This document shows positions 41,744-55,313 of a DNA stretch of 64,000 bases, one piece after another. The notes beneath the pieces were generated by a model. It was not told the origin of the DNA. It ran no database searches and saw nothing but the letters and a program-made list of their open reading frames with translations. Numbering within the stretch: position 1 is the stretch's first letter; the number at the start of each line of letters is the position of its first letter. The translations under genes and the position numbers were made by a program. Source of the DNA: Eledone cirrhosa (Eukaryota); the NCBI GenBank assembly GCA_964016885.1, contig OZ024743.1:365924001-365988000 (forward strand), given 5' to 3'.

Positions 41744-43852
41744 GGTAAGATTAGTAAAGTGATCCTTGACAGAGTACTACTCGAGCTTAATAGAAAGGCT
41801 AAGGTCTGCCTCTGGGGCAACACCGACCAGGTCATAAATTGGTTCACCGAGTTGCCGGATAAAGCCACCCTGAAATTCATCCAGTTTGATATAGATAGCT
41901 ACTACGCCTCTATCTCCCCCATACTCTTAAATAAGGCACTTATCTTAGCTAGATCTAACACTAGCCTCACCAAAAAAGAAATAGACATAATTCTAGCGGC
42001 ACGTAGAACCATTATCCAGTTCGAAGGCTCCCACTGGACCAGAACCAACCGTCCTGATAACTTCGATGTCACGATGGGGTCCAGCGACTCAGCGCAAGCA
42101 ACTGACCTGGTTGGGATATACCTCCTACATAAGCTTAGGGAAGAAATACCGGCCCTACAAGGAGGTATATATAGGGACGACGCCCTGTTTACCGTTAGGA
42201 ACCATAGCCCCCGTAGGATAGAGAACCTTAACAAACATATACACAGGTTCTTTAAGTCATACGGCCTATCCGTAACTATGGACCTCAACCACAGGGTTGT
42301 CAACTTCCTGGACGTGACCCTGGAGTTGAGTACGGGCTTATACAAGCCATACCATAAGCCTGGAGAGTGCCTCTCTTATATTAATTATGCCTCCAACCAC
42401 CCTAAGCAGACTCTCAACTCCATAGTCTATAGTATCTCACATAGAATCTCGAGGCTATCCGCCAATGAGGATATCTTCAACCAAGCGGCTGATTACTACA
42501 ATAGGGCCCTGATAAGCGCCGGCTTTAACCAAGGAATTTCCTACATCCCTAACGCTAGCTCTAGAAACCACCCCCCTCATAAAACTAACGTTATAGTAAG
42601 CCATACCTATAACCGATCACGCGGCGACCTCGTTAAAGTCGGATATAATAGAATAGATAACCCCACCAAAGATCACGTCCCCGGCGACAGTGAATACTGT
42701 AGATTACTCAAACTATTCCCCTATTACAAAACCAACAAAGGCGACGGCCTACTACCAACGCCTTCCAACCAACATCTTCGTGTACATAAGCATGGAAGTG
42801 GTAGAAAGAGTGCACCCGAGCATAAAGTGAAAGGGGCACCGAACGGGCGACAGCGCATTAACACACATAAGAGCGATCACTTAGATGGAACCACCCGTAG
42901 CAAAAGTACAAGGACACGTAATCGCCACCGTAACGTCCTATGGTCCCCCCCCCCCTACTCTCGAAGTGTGGCCTCCAACATACCCCGGATATTCTTCGAA
43001 GCCTTAGAGAAGAACTTCCCACCCAACCATAGGTATAGAAAAATTCTTAATAGGAACAATATAAAAATATCCTTCTCTACTACTCCTAACCTAGCAGACA
43101 TCATAGGAACAACGAACCACAGTAAGATCACCAAGACACAGCACCTCGACGCAGACGCATCTACACCTGACAATAACTGTATCGGCCTTAACAACTCCCT
43201 GACAGCATCCAATAGTGTTGGCAACGGCATCCGCAGACGCAACCAGAATGACCGCGAAGTGACTGGGGAACATGCAGAACATGACGTGCGGAATAACAAT
43301 CGCACCATCCCGCGTGCTGTGGGTTGTAATTGTGCTAACGACAGCTGCGGTAGCGCAGCTAGCAACGTAGGCAGCAACAATGATAGCCTTATCGTGGGAA
43401 ATAGACGGAACCGCGACAGAAATTGCAACTGCCGCGACAGAGGACGTTGCCCCCTTAGAGGATACTGCTTGACCGATAGGGTTATATATAGATGCACTAT
43501 TACTAGCCACAATAGCGTTAAACATTATATAGGGGCCACCTCCGGCCCGTTCAAAATTAGGTTTCGAACACATCTCCACTCTTTCACAAATAGAAAACTA
43601 AGGCACTCCACCTCGCTCGCGGACTACATCACATCACTAAAACACTTAAACATTAGCTTCTCCACGCACTGGGAGATTGTCGGCAGGGCTGCACCGTACA
43701 ACTTCAAGAGGAAATGCGATATTTGCCTCATGGAGCTCTACCACATCATAACTGCAACCCACGAGCTCATCAACAGCAGAGCCGCAACAGCGATAAGTTG
43801 TACACATCGCTTAAAAATATCCTTCTTTAGATGGGTTAAGAATAAAGAGTGA
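41744..43852 (+). CDS. Penelope-like RT + GIY-YIG endonuclease (N-terminally truncated, otherwise uninterrupted)
   Basis: FIQFDIDSYY, MGSSDSAQ, GIYRDD, NFLDV, SNHP, CNCRDRGRC, VIYRC..YIGAT..FKIRF, CDIC, CTH. The first ~11 aa of the track ORF come from the inverted repeat. Confidence 0.88.
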   Translation, partial: GKISKVILDRVLLELNRKAKVCLWGNTDQVINWFTELPDKATLKFIQFDIDSYYASISPILLNKALILARSNTSLTKKEIDIILAARRTIIQFEGSHWTRTNRPDNFDVTMGSSDSAQATDLVGIYLLHKLREEIPALQGGIYRDDALFTVRNHSPRRIENLNKHIHRFFKSYGLSVTMDLNHRVVNFLDVTLELSTGLYKPYHKPGECLSYINYASNHPKQTLNSIVYSISHRISRLSANEDIFNQAADYYNRALISAGFNQGISYIPNASSRNHPPHKTNVIVSHTYNRSRGDLVKVGYNRIDNPTKDHVPGDSEYCRLLKLFPYYKTNKGDGLLPTPSNQHLRVHKHGSGRKSAPEHKVKGAPNGRQRINTHKSDHLDGTTRSKSTRTRNRHRNVLWSPPPYSRSVASNIPRIFFEALEKNFPPNHRYRKILNRNNIKISFSTTPNLADIIGTTNHSKITKTQHLDADASTPDNNCIGLNNSLTASNSVGNGIRRRNQNDREVTGEHAEHDVRNNNRTIPRAVGCNCANDSCGSAASNVGSNNDSLIVGNRRNRDRNCNCRDRGRCPLRGYCLTDRVIYRCTITSHNSVKHYIGATSGPFKIRFRTHLHSFTNRKLRHSTSLADYITSLKHLNISFSTHWEIVGRAAPYNFKRKCDICLMELYHIITATHELINSRAATAISCTHRLKISFFRWVKNKE

Positions 43853-44146
43853 AATAGTACACTGGATCTCCCTGCAACAAGTCTTAACACCCCGGCGGGC
43901 AGGCGCAGCAAAATAACACCCAGAAAACAATCCTTGCATACCAGACCCAGCCTCAGACAAACGGGAGAAAAAAATAAATAAATAAAAATTATCCGGGAAA
44001 GACTGCCCTAACACCGGCCAGAGTTACCTCCCTTGACCTGCTGCAAAATCAAAACAAGATATTTTTGCGAGCAATGAATCTTGATGTGGATTTAACCCCC
44101 AAAACTCTTTCCGAACTATATAAGGAACACTTGTGATTATTTATGC

Positions 44147-44181
44147 CCTTGAGAAGCCCAACTGGGCGAAACGTACGTAGG
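44147..44181 (+). ncRNA. Minimal hammerhead with U3-A8 core variant (inverted copy at 41604-41638)
   Basis: cc-TTGAGAA-gccc aact gggc-GAAAC gtac GTA-gg. Confidence 0.75.
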
Positions 44182-44396
44182 TGATATTTTAAATAAACAT
44201 GTTTTAATGGTCTATTCTCCGATTTTTCACTTTCCCACGTGCTTACGCTCTGCTAACTCTCTAGCCCACTAAATATTAACACTTCGAATATTTAATACTG
44301 CCGGCACTAGTATCGAGCACCTTTGGCATACGCTACTTGGCAAATAACTATATGTATCACCTATCCCTCCTTTTTCTCTCTTTCTCGATATATAAA

Positions 44397-45112
<716 letters not shown>

Positions 45113-45117
<5 letters not shown>

Positions 45118-45235
45118 AGGCGTGTGGCTGAGTGGTTAGAGAACTGGATTCGCAATTGTGAGGTTGTGAGTTCGATTCCTGGACCATGCGATGCGTTATG
45201 TCCTTGAGCAAGACACTTTATTTCACTTTGCTCCT
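45113..45235 (+). mobile_element. tRNA-derived SINE (family 1) head
   Basis: tggctgagtggtt (A box), gagttcgattcc (B box), gtccttgagcaagacacttta. Confidence 0.8.
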
Positions 45236-45374
45236 TCTACCTGGAGTTGCGACCGATAGATAGTATTAGCTATTGGAAAGACCAACGGAAACATTGATTC
45301 CTCGGTCCGATTTGACGAAAGTCGATCTTTCCTTAAATATATATATATAAGCAAGTATTGCACTAATAAAAGAA

Positions 45375-45405
<31 letters not shown>

Positions 45406-45553
45406 AAGTCTCTCTCTCTCTCTCTCTCTCTCTTTATATATATATATAGAGAGAGAGAGACTATACATATATATATATATATGTTCTCCTTCCCCCTTTT
45501 TTCTAAATGTATTTCCACACACCTTCTGAACTCTCTTCCTAAACTATTTACTC

Positions 45554-45581
45554 CTGAAGAAGGGCTCATGCCCGAAACGTC
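45554..45581 (+). ncRNA. Minimal Penelope-type hammerhead motif
   Basis: CTGAAGA-a gggc tcat gccc-GAAAC GTC; stem I not evident. Confidence 0.7.
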
Positions 45582-45672
45582 CCCCCCCCCACCACCACAC
45601 ACACACTCTCAAAAGCGTGAACCTAATAAACCTTACATTTGTCTGCCTCTGTTTTGTTCCCGTATAAATTTG

Positions 45673-45714
<42 letters not shown>

Positions 45715-45719
<5 letters not shown>

Positions 45720-45914
45720 AACGAGTAAGACCCCGACGACTGAGCTCAAGCCGTTTCGACGGCTAATTCTGGACTGAGTCCAGAATTAGCCGTTGAAACG
45801 GCTTGAGCTCAGCCGTCGGGGTCTTACTCGTTCCTATTACCCACTCTACTACCCTAAGTATTGAGTACTTTGGTGCGTTATGGTCCACTTGGTTCCTTAC
45901 CACATCTCCTTCGT
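45715..45914 (+). mobile_element. Hairpin-headed mini element in (TA)n
   Basis: ~60-bp arms centred on 45776, then a 3' tail with gtattgagtac at 45858. Confidence 0.75.
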
Positions 45915-46024
<110 letters not shown>

Positions 46025-46391
46025 TTACTTTAATGCCTAAGTGAAGAGTCTGTTACTCTGAAGTTTCACATCTGTACTCACAGGATCGCCAGACAATTCG
46101 TTATAATTGCACAGTGATTCTTGAGATTTTAGGTTCAATCCTACTACGTGATATCTTTGGTTCATGTCTTAATGTCTTTTACCATAGGGTTCAGGTCGAT
46201 CCAATTATTTAGAAAATGTAGATAGACAGAAATTGTGTGGAAGCTGTCAATGTTATTTTATGTGTAATCGTGAGGCACACGGGGTCTAGAATACTCAGCC
46301 AAGTATATATTCGGTTGATCAAACAACTGGAGGATCATCGTATATATCTACGGAGGATCCATCATCCCTACACCTCCTTTCTACCTATCTT

Positions 46392-46440
<49 letters not shown>

Positions 46441-46550
46441 GGCTGTGAGTGTGCAGGTGAACCCCACTATCAGACTAATCTTCTTTAATCAAAATGCGGC
46501 GAAAGCTTCTATTTCTAATTCAATATATATATATATATATATATATATAT

Positions 46551-47293
46551 CAAATTTCAAGTTATCAATAATGTAGTGATAATATATCGTCACGTTAGAG
46601 ATGAACAGCGTACGTGTAGGTTTGCTCAACGAGTATAAATTATATTCCGGAGAAAATGTAGAAAAGATGAATATAAAATGAAAGTGCTTTCATAAAGGAA
46701 TTTATTAGGTATTGACATATGTTTCTGTAACAGACGGAATACCTATGTATCGCTGCTTGCGTAATCATATAATGTTAGCAAGTATTCGATAGCAAATGTA
46801 TAATCAGTTGTCACTTCTTCAGAGATATTGGATAAATTGGAAAAAATCAGAAAAATTGAAGTATTTATATTAGTTGTAAGTATTAATACTACTACACCAA
46901 ACGACCAGCCCTGTCCATTGTTCAATTGGTCAAATATAGATTAAAATAGGCACTCCCAAAAATTCTTATTTAGATAAAATAAGCCATATACTCATTGTAT
47001 TCTCATTAAAAACCTTCTATATTCTTGTAAATTGAATTGCCGTCTGTCATATACTATCCCTTATCTTCTTCCTTTCTTACAACTAATATAAATACTTCAA
47101 TTTTCTGATTTTTTCAAATGTATCCAATATCTCTGAAGAAGTGACAACTGATTATACATTTGCTATCGAATACTTACTAACATTATATGATTACGCAAGC
47201 AGCGATACATAGGTATTCCGTCTGTTACAGAAACATATGTCAATACCTAATAAATTCCTTTATGAAAGCACTTTCATTTTATATTCATCTTTT
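46551..47293 (-). mobile_element. Penelope-like pseudo-LTR remnant with ~219-bp inverted arms, each with an extended-stem-II hammerhead
   Basis: 46662-46880 inverted at 47076-47293; CTGAAGA-a gtgaca..tgttac a-GAAAC atat GTC at 47133-47241 (+) and 46714-46822 (-); resembles 47307-47570. Confidence 0.8.
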
Positions 47294-47306
47294 ATATATA
47301 TATATA

Positions 47307-47425
47307 TATTCTGATGAAATGACAGTTGATAATAACATTGAAATATTGAATGTCTGCATAACTAATACTTTGTAGATAGCAGCTGTTTTCAGGTTATGTA
47401 ACTGTTATAGAAACACGTGTCAATA
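47307..47425 (+). ncRNA. Hammerhead with long stem II insertion (3' copy 50825-50942 has mutated core GCGATGA)
   Basis: tatt-CTGATGA-a atgacagtt..aactgttat a-GAAAC acgt GTC-aata. Confidence 0.75.
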
Positions 47426-47631
47426 AATTCCTTTTAACTAAACTGTATCCATTAAAATCCTTCTATTTTTCTCCGGATTACTTTTGGAACTACAACTGGA
47501 ACCGTCGAGCAAACTCTACGTGACCTGTCCATCTACTGTGTGTAATATTTATATTACAACACTACGGAAAATACTGTATATTTACCTCCTGTAAAGTCGA
47601 GCAACCTCACACAGCAAACGCAACCACAACA

Positions 47632-49949
47632 ATGGAAAAACATTACCTGGATATGTCACTCAAAAACATACCAACCCAAAGTAAAAAGGAATACTTATTG
47701 AGTATGATTCAAAAAACTAATGAATTCATTCGACGTGTCAGGTGGAAAACGCTCCACTATGATAGAAGCCGTATGAACTCACCATCGGAAAGTGGTGTAA
47801 ACAACAAATTTGGTTTTAGAACGTGTAAAAACCCACCCACCAACCCACTATTAGATGCATTTGAGCAGGACCTTATGGACTTAATCCTTAAAATTAAATT
47901 CAAAGGAAGTAACACCAACAACAAATTACAGAAAGATATTAAAAAACTACTGGACGACCTTAAAAACACCAAAGGAATTGTAGTAAAAGCGGACAAAACA
48001 TCAAACCTGTATACTATGGACTGCACTACATACAACAACTTCATTCGAAAAGAATTACATAAAAAATATAGAAAAACTAATGAAGTAACTCTTAAGCACA
48101 TCAATGATGAGGCATGCGAAATAGTGAAAAATCTCGGGTCGAAGATAGGACAGGACCACTCTTACCGGCGGTACCCACCTTCAATCTTAAGGACCATAAG
48201 GTAAACTTTGATAATGACCCTAAAATTAGATTAATCTGCCCCTCTAAATCAGATATAGGTAAAATAAGCAAATATATCTTAGATAGAATCATCCCCCAAA
48301 TTAAGGCTAAGGTTAACATTAAACTCTGGGGGAAGACCCAAGAAGCAATAAGATGGTTTAACAGCATTAACAATAAGAATAAATCTAAGTTTATCCAGTT
48401 TGATATCGACGAATATTACTCATCGATATCACCTGAAACTTTGAATAGAGCCATTAAGTTTGCTAAGGATAACTCTGACCTTACAAACGATGAAATTAAG
48501 ATTATATTAGAAGCTAGGAAAACTATAGTCAAATTTGAGAACAGTTATTGGGTACGTAAAGATAGACCCTCTAACTTTGACATAATGGGCTCTAACGATT
48601 CGGCGGAAATAACTGATATTGTGGGGTTATTTATCGCCTTTAGACTCCAGGAAAAATTCAGCAATCTCCACGGCGGAATATACCGCGACGATGTTCTCCT
48701 CCTAGTTAAAAACCTAAATAACCAAAAACTAGAAAAACTACGCAAAGATATAAGAAAACTACTACTCGAAATAGGACTAACTATATCATATGAATACAAC
48801 CTTAAAGTAGTTAACTTCCTGGATGTCACACTCAATTTAAACTCTGGTCTGATTAAACCGTTTCATAAATTGAATGAAAATCTCAAGTACGTAAATGTTG
48901 GGTCTAACCACCCCATCTCTATAATTAAATCTATCCCTAAAAATATTTCCCTTAGAATCTCGGGTCTATCTTCTAACATACAAGTATTTAAGGAACACGC
49001 CGAGTACTACGATAACGCCCTTAGTAAAGCAGGCTACCTCAACAAAATAGAGTATATAGATGAGAACAATCAAAACACCCAAAATAAATCCCACATAGGT
49101 AGATATAATAACACAACACCAAACCACTCTTACTACCATAGTATACACACCAGTAAACCAACAAACAAAACTAATAGAAAGCGATGCAAAGAGTACTTAT
49201 GGTATAACCCTGAATACAATAGTTCCATTAGTACAAATTTACCAGTACTCTTCTTTAAAATAATTAAGAGACATTTTCCTACATCACACAAATACCACAA
49301 AATCCTAAACCCTACCACTATAAGACTGTCATACTCTACAGCGTTAAACCTTGGACAACACATAAAAAAGATCAATACTAGAAGGTTAAACGAAAACACT
49401 AAAAACTTAAGTACAAAGAACACAATAAAAAACAGTAGACAATACACTACAGAACATAAATAAACCACACCTAAGTTCGTCCGCAATACTACTCCATAGA
49501 AAAACCAACGTACACAACTGTAACTGCACCTATCCTGACAACTGCCCCCTCGGCAATAACTGCCTGGAAAAAAATATTATTTATAAGTGTACCATTAAAT
49601 CCGAAGACAACGAGTGGTATTACGTGGGATCAACGGCAACATCGTTTAAATCTCGATTATATAGGCATTCTTACTCAATAAAACACCAGAGCCAAAGAAA
49701 TGTAACAACTTTAGCAGAAAAAGCTTGGACGCTCAGGGATAGCGATCAAAAGTTTACCCTAAAATGGGAGAAATTAGCTAAAACCCAAAGCTTTTCCAGG
49801 AGCCAAATTTCTGCAAATTGTGTAATCTTGAGATCTATTACATAATCACACACAAGAGGAAATTGCTGAATAACAGAATTGAACGAACATTATTCTGCCG
49901 TCACCGAACTAAAACCCTTTTTTCCCACTACAAGCTGAATAATACATAA
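47632..49949 (+). pseudogene. Penelope-like RT + GIY-YIG ORF with frameshifts and a stop
   Basis: FIRRVRWK, KADKT, LKDHK, FIQFDI, GIYRDD, SNHP, CNCTYPDNC, IIYKC..YVGST, CKLC, CRH. Confidence 0.9.
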
Positions 49950-50224
49950 AAGAGGGACAACCCCCCAACTATATAAACCTCAATCTAGTTAGAAAAATAT
50001 AAAAACAATCTCTTCTCAACATATATATGTATATTAATAACCTTAAATTACCACACTAATAATGGAAAGATATGGTGATGAGAATAGGTGCAAATATGGT
50101 ATAATGAATGTGTCTAAAAGCGACCATAAGTATGTATATATATGTGAAAATGTATATAAATAAGTAAATATATATATATGTTTGATGTGTATAGTTAGAT
50201 GTAAGTGCATTCATGTATTAAAGT

Positions 50225-50327
<103 letters not shown>

Positions 50328-51008
50328 TAGACTGGAGTATGTGTGTATATATGTGTGTGTCTATGCGTGTGTATATAAAGATAAGTTGAGTATGAAAATG
50401 TATACACATGAACGCGTATGTACGTACATGTATATATGTGTATATATATATATGTATGCATGTGTATATGTATGTAAGTATGAGCATGTAAGTATGTGTA
50501 TGTGAGTATATGTATTTTGTAGAGGTGTGCATATATGTTTGTGTGTGAATGCGTGGGCGAAAGGATACGTACACTTGAAAGAAAAATTTAAGTCTGAATG
50601 TTAATTAAGTGCAAACACAAAACCAACCACGCATATCTATACTATCTCTAATCCTTCTATAGATTTAGAAAAATAACCAATAATAACCAATAATATATTC
50701 TATAAAAATGTCAAAACAACAGATGGGAATCTAATTACTCACTGCCACCAAAAATTCTCACTGCTATCAAAAAACCACCCCCTCAACTATTCTCTATAAA
50801 AACCAAACAGGTCCTCAGTAAAATTATTGCGATGAAATGACAGTTGATAATAACATTGAAATATTGAATGTCTGCATAACTAATACTTTGTAGATAGCAG
50901 CTGTTTTCAGGTTATGTAACTGTTATAGAAACACGTGTCAATCAAATCCTTTTAACTAAACTGTATCCATTAAAATCCTTCTATAAATATATATATATAT
51001 ATATATAC

Positions 51009-51043
<35 letters not shown>

Positions 51044-51058
51044 GAGAGAGAGGGGGGG

Positions 51059-51126
<68 letters not shown>

Positions 51127-51292
51127 CAACTACATACAGATATATATATATATATATATATCCGTATGTAGTTGACAGACGAGAGAAAAGAGTACTCAAT
51201 ACCGAAGTAGAATTTAAAAATTTATTTATTATAAGTAAATAGTGAGACTTGTACTCAGGAGTTTCACCTGCGCACTCACAGCCATAATAAAC

Positions 51293-51406
<114 letters not shown>

Positions 51407-51917
51407 ATAATAATAAATTTGAAGACTAAAATCCAAAGAGGGCTCGATAAGGATAAATATATATCAAATATATAAGAACCGTAGAGCAAATATTTATTAA
51501 AATAATAGATTAAAGTTTAAGCAAAGTTTATTCTGGTATATATGCTTTTGGTTATGTGTATACGTGAGTTTTGCGTCTGTGTGAGAATGCGGGTTCGTGC
51601 GTATGTAGGGTGTGTTTATGTGTACTTCGTGTTTTGGTTGACGTAGTCTCCGAACATTTGTGTATTAACATGTAGGTATGTGTGTGCGCTTGTTATATAC
51701 GTATTTATTTATTTATATACGTTTATTTAATTATTTGTATACACGCACACACACACACACACATATTTATATGTGCGTGTATTTGTATACCTATGTATGC
51801 TTGTGTATGTACGTATATGGATGCATGTATGTATTTATTTAATTTCAATTACCTCTGTATTGTATTTTATTTACTTTATTCTTAACTCTGAAGCCGAGAA
51901 TCATTCGGTTTCCTAAT

Positions 51918-52180
51918 TAGAATTTTAGTCTACGACTTCAGTGATACCATTTACGTGGTTTTGTCTTTGCGTGCAATTGTTCTCCACGCTCCACATATGA
52001 CGTATTATCTTCGTTTTTTCGTTCATTGCCAGAGAACGTCTCTATGAACCACCTAAGAGAATATTAGTCTACGACTTCTTTTATACCATAAACGTGGTTT
52101 TGTCTGCGTGTAATTGTTTTTCACCGCTCCAAATAATGACGTTTTTTCCCGTTCTTTGCGAGGGAACGTTTCCACGAACC
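51918..52180. repeat. Diverged ~140-bp tandem duplication upstream of a degenerate hammerhead (52260-52310)
   Basis: ttagtctacgacttc..acgtggttttgtct occurs twice; agttt-CAGAAGA-tccc..gggt-GAAA gca..tgc TT-aaact. Confidence 0.6.
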
Positions 52181-52321
52181 AAAGTATCGTCTTCCTGTCT
52201 TCCTCCGGTTGCAACATTTTTTGTAATATTCACTTCTGCGTTCACAGATTGACTTTGTTAGTTTCAGAAGATCCCGTTAAGGGTGAAAGCATCGATTCTT
52301 TGCTTAAACTTTAATCTGTTA

Positions 52322-52425
<104 letters not shown>

Positions 52426-52430
52426 GAGAG

Positions 52431-53050
52431 AAGATAACACACGAGAGAGAGTGTGTTTATCAATGTACAGGGAAAACCACCAGTGTATGGATTCTATAAA
52501 CTAAGAAAGGTGAGGTAGACGCATAATATTTAAAAATATAAATGTGAAATGAATTTACCCACCTTTATAACTATATATCACACACGTACAAACTCAAAGA
52601 GATTTGTTTCGCCAAAATATTAGTGCATGGAAAGAAACACCCAGGTTCATCAGCGTGTGGTAAGTGAATACATTCCAGATAACTCTAAGAGAACTTAAGA
52701 TAACTACCTTGCAACACGTGGTAGAGAGAAGGAAATGTGTGCATGAGACAGTAAACTAGTGGCCGCTAGAAAACGCAGCCCAAAACTACTCAAATAAGGG
52801 AGCTCGACATAAACAGTGAGGGAGAGAGAAGACTGTTATTAGGAGTCATAAACTCGCGTTGGTGTAATTTATGAGCTCAAAGGAAAGAGAATCCTGGGCT
52901 CTTCAAATATAATATATAGAAAAGATAACACACGAGAGAGTGTGTGTTTATTAATGTACATGGAGAACCACCAGTGTATGGAATCTATAAACTAAGAAAA
53001 GTGAGGTAGATGCATAATTATTAAAAATATAAATCAGAATGAATTTATCC
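52431..53050 (-). mobile_element. 491-nt hammerhead-containing unit with ~130-bp terminal repeat (retrozyme-like)
   Basis: 52431-52560 repeated at 52922-53050. Confidence 0.8.
52581..52659 (-). ncRNA. Type I hammerhead ribozyme, intact core
   Basis: cacacg-CTGATGA-acc..ggc-GAAAC aaatctc ttt gagttt GTA-cgtgtg. Confidence 0.85.
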
Positions 53051-53078
53051 GTATGTAGTTGACAATATATATATATGA

Positions 53079-53305
53079 TGAACTAACTGTTGTGTTACCA
53101 CTTATATATAGAAGTGGTAACACGACAGTTAGTTCACCATACCGAGAACAATTATTTCACCTTAGCGAATCCTCAGTTCGTAATCCGCTAAGGTGAAACA
53201 ATTGTTCTCGGTATGGTGAACTAACTGTTGTGTTACCACTTCTACCTAACTCGTCCCATGGACTGAGTGCTCTACCACTACGGATATTATCTTCCAGTGT
53301 TCTAC

Positions 53306-53306
<1 letters not shown>
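53079..53306 (+). mobile_element. Doubly folded-back mini element with hammerhead-like core
   Basis: 53112-53168 inverted at 53185-53241; 53079-53103 inverted again at 53112-53136; minus strand CTGAGGA..GAAAt aatt GTT at 53147-53176. Confidence 0.7.
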
Positions 53307-53361
<55 letters not shown>

Positions 53362-54240
53362 GGGGGGGGGGTATGTGAGTGTGTGTTTGTCTGTCCAGTC
53401 TGTCTACTCGAATTCGTACCTTTGTTCGGAAAGGCTTATATATATTTTTTTCTAGAAATATATATATCACTTTCTTCCCAGTCTACATATTTGCACTATA
53501 GGCAAGTGTCTTCTACTATAACCTCGGGTTGACTAATACCTTGTGTGCGAAATGTGGTATATCGAAAACGCAGAACTCCATATTCCTTATGTGTTTCTCC
53601 TATACTGTTGTATATGTGAAGCTGACCCCTGTGTAAATCGTTCTCTGAAATGAGTGGACCCCACTAAAATCACCCAATTATGCCAAATAATAATTTCAAC
53701 TTAGAATTTGATAAGCTGAGAAATCTAGTTTTTGACACTTCTTGCTCTGATCATACTAAGAAAGCTACTAAACTTTTCTCTACCCAACTCACACCCACCT
53801 ACATCAAATTATATTTCAGTTCATCATATCATGCGACTCTCTTCACCACTTTGGATATTTCCACGTCGTTGTTACGTGGCAAATATGTTTAGCGATTTCT
53901 TTTAGTTATGCAAATTTGCTTAAAACCATCATCTTTTGGGTGTGCACCCTAGGAAAAATGAACTTCTTAAACACACTACTCATATCTCTTTAGAAATATA
54001 TTATTGGAGATTCTGAATTATAGTTTTCTTAGAAAAATATGTACATTTTCAAGATGCACTACATTTGTTTTTATGCAAAGAAGATCTGTACACTTCTTTC
54101 ATCGCATTGCGTATTTCAGATTATATTATTCCTTAAAATACCAATAACAATGATCCTAAGAAAGAGCCTCTATATAGTCGTTCGACCTGCTAAAAATAGC
54201 ATCCAAATTCCCTCCATTCATACTATAGCTAGAATATAAT

Positions 54241-54629
54241 TGTTTCCACTTTTGGCACAAGGCCAGCAATTACCCAGTGCATTACTGGTACCTTATTTTA
54301 TCGACCCCGTAAGGATGAAAGGCAAAGTTAACCTCGGCGGGATTTGAACTCAGAATGAAAAGGGCCGTAACTCTTTGCGTCAAAGCATGGCGTCCGGCCC
54401 TCTACCGATACTGCCAATCCACCGCCTATAGCTAGAATATAATTGTTTCTACTTTAGGCACAAGGCCAGCAATTACTCAGTGCATTACTGGTACTTTATT
54501 TTATCGACCCCGTAAGGATGAAAGGCAAAGTCAACCTCGGCGGGATTTGAACTCAGATCGTAAAGGGACGTAACTATGCTGGAAAGCATGGCGTCCGACC
54601 CTCTACCGATACTGCCAATCCACCGCCCT
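54241..54629 (-). mobile_element. Two tandem tRNA-derived SINEs (family 2)
   Basis: Minus strand ggcggtggattggcag..gagttcaaatcccgccgagg..ctttgcctttcatcc..gggtcgataaaataa; 203-bp period. Confidence 0.85.
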
Positions 54630-55160
54630 TATAGCTAGAATATAATGTTGATCAAACGTAGATCTGCTCAGTCAAGAATAACCCGGGGCTAAAGAACAGC
54701 AACAATAGTAACATACATTGCTTCTCTGTTCAATTTTCACATGCTCGGGATCTTCTATTTCTGTTCTTTGTATTTGGTATGCGGTGAATCTTGACTAGTT
54801 TCTATAAGTGCTACGAAGTCAAATAGAGATAAAGAGTGATTAATTGAATGCTGATACCTACTAAAAAATGACGCGAACCCTATAAGTACAATTCCGAAAG
54901 TATTTGACCTATATTGTGTAAATGTAAGATAATCAATTGCTTTGGTTTTTATATGAGAGATATCGATAACTCTAGGAATGAGATAATAGAGTTGTGATAT
55001 ATATCGTTCGTGTTTCTGTCATAAGCATTAGAGATATAAATGAAATGTAAAAGATACAATCGTGTGATCATGAAACAAGCTTGGATTATATATGATCACT
55101 TTCTTCTCTAAATTCCTCATCCCGCAACAACTATTTATTCATTTTAAGTTTTTGTTAGTA

Positions 55161-55313
55161 CTAGTAGCATTAACCAGATTTTGCTCAGATTTATAAAAAA
55201 AAAAGTATAAGAAAAGTCACTAAGTCCCCTTATATGCAAAATTCCAGATACCTAAGTGTAAAATGTGACCTGCCACTTGGAACATACATACATTCACTCT
55301 ATATATATTAAGA
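55161..55313 (-). mobile_element. Possible short non-autonomous Helitron
   Basis: A|TCTTAATATATATAG 5' end and CTAG|T 3' end; hairpin degenerate. Confidence 0.4.

Larger units (their letters stand above)
41545..44388 (+). mobile_element. Penelope-like element, 5'-truncated, with inverted 200-bp pseudo-LTR segment, in (TA)n
   Basis: 41545-41744 is the reverse complement of 44041-44240; internal RT + GIY-YIG ORF. Confidence 0.92.

Noticed and set aside
45113-45190. tRNA-like A/B boxes (also 26380-26455 and 54340-54426)
   Set aside because: They run into SINE bodies and no cloverleaf was confirmed; called as SINE heads, not tRNA genes.
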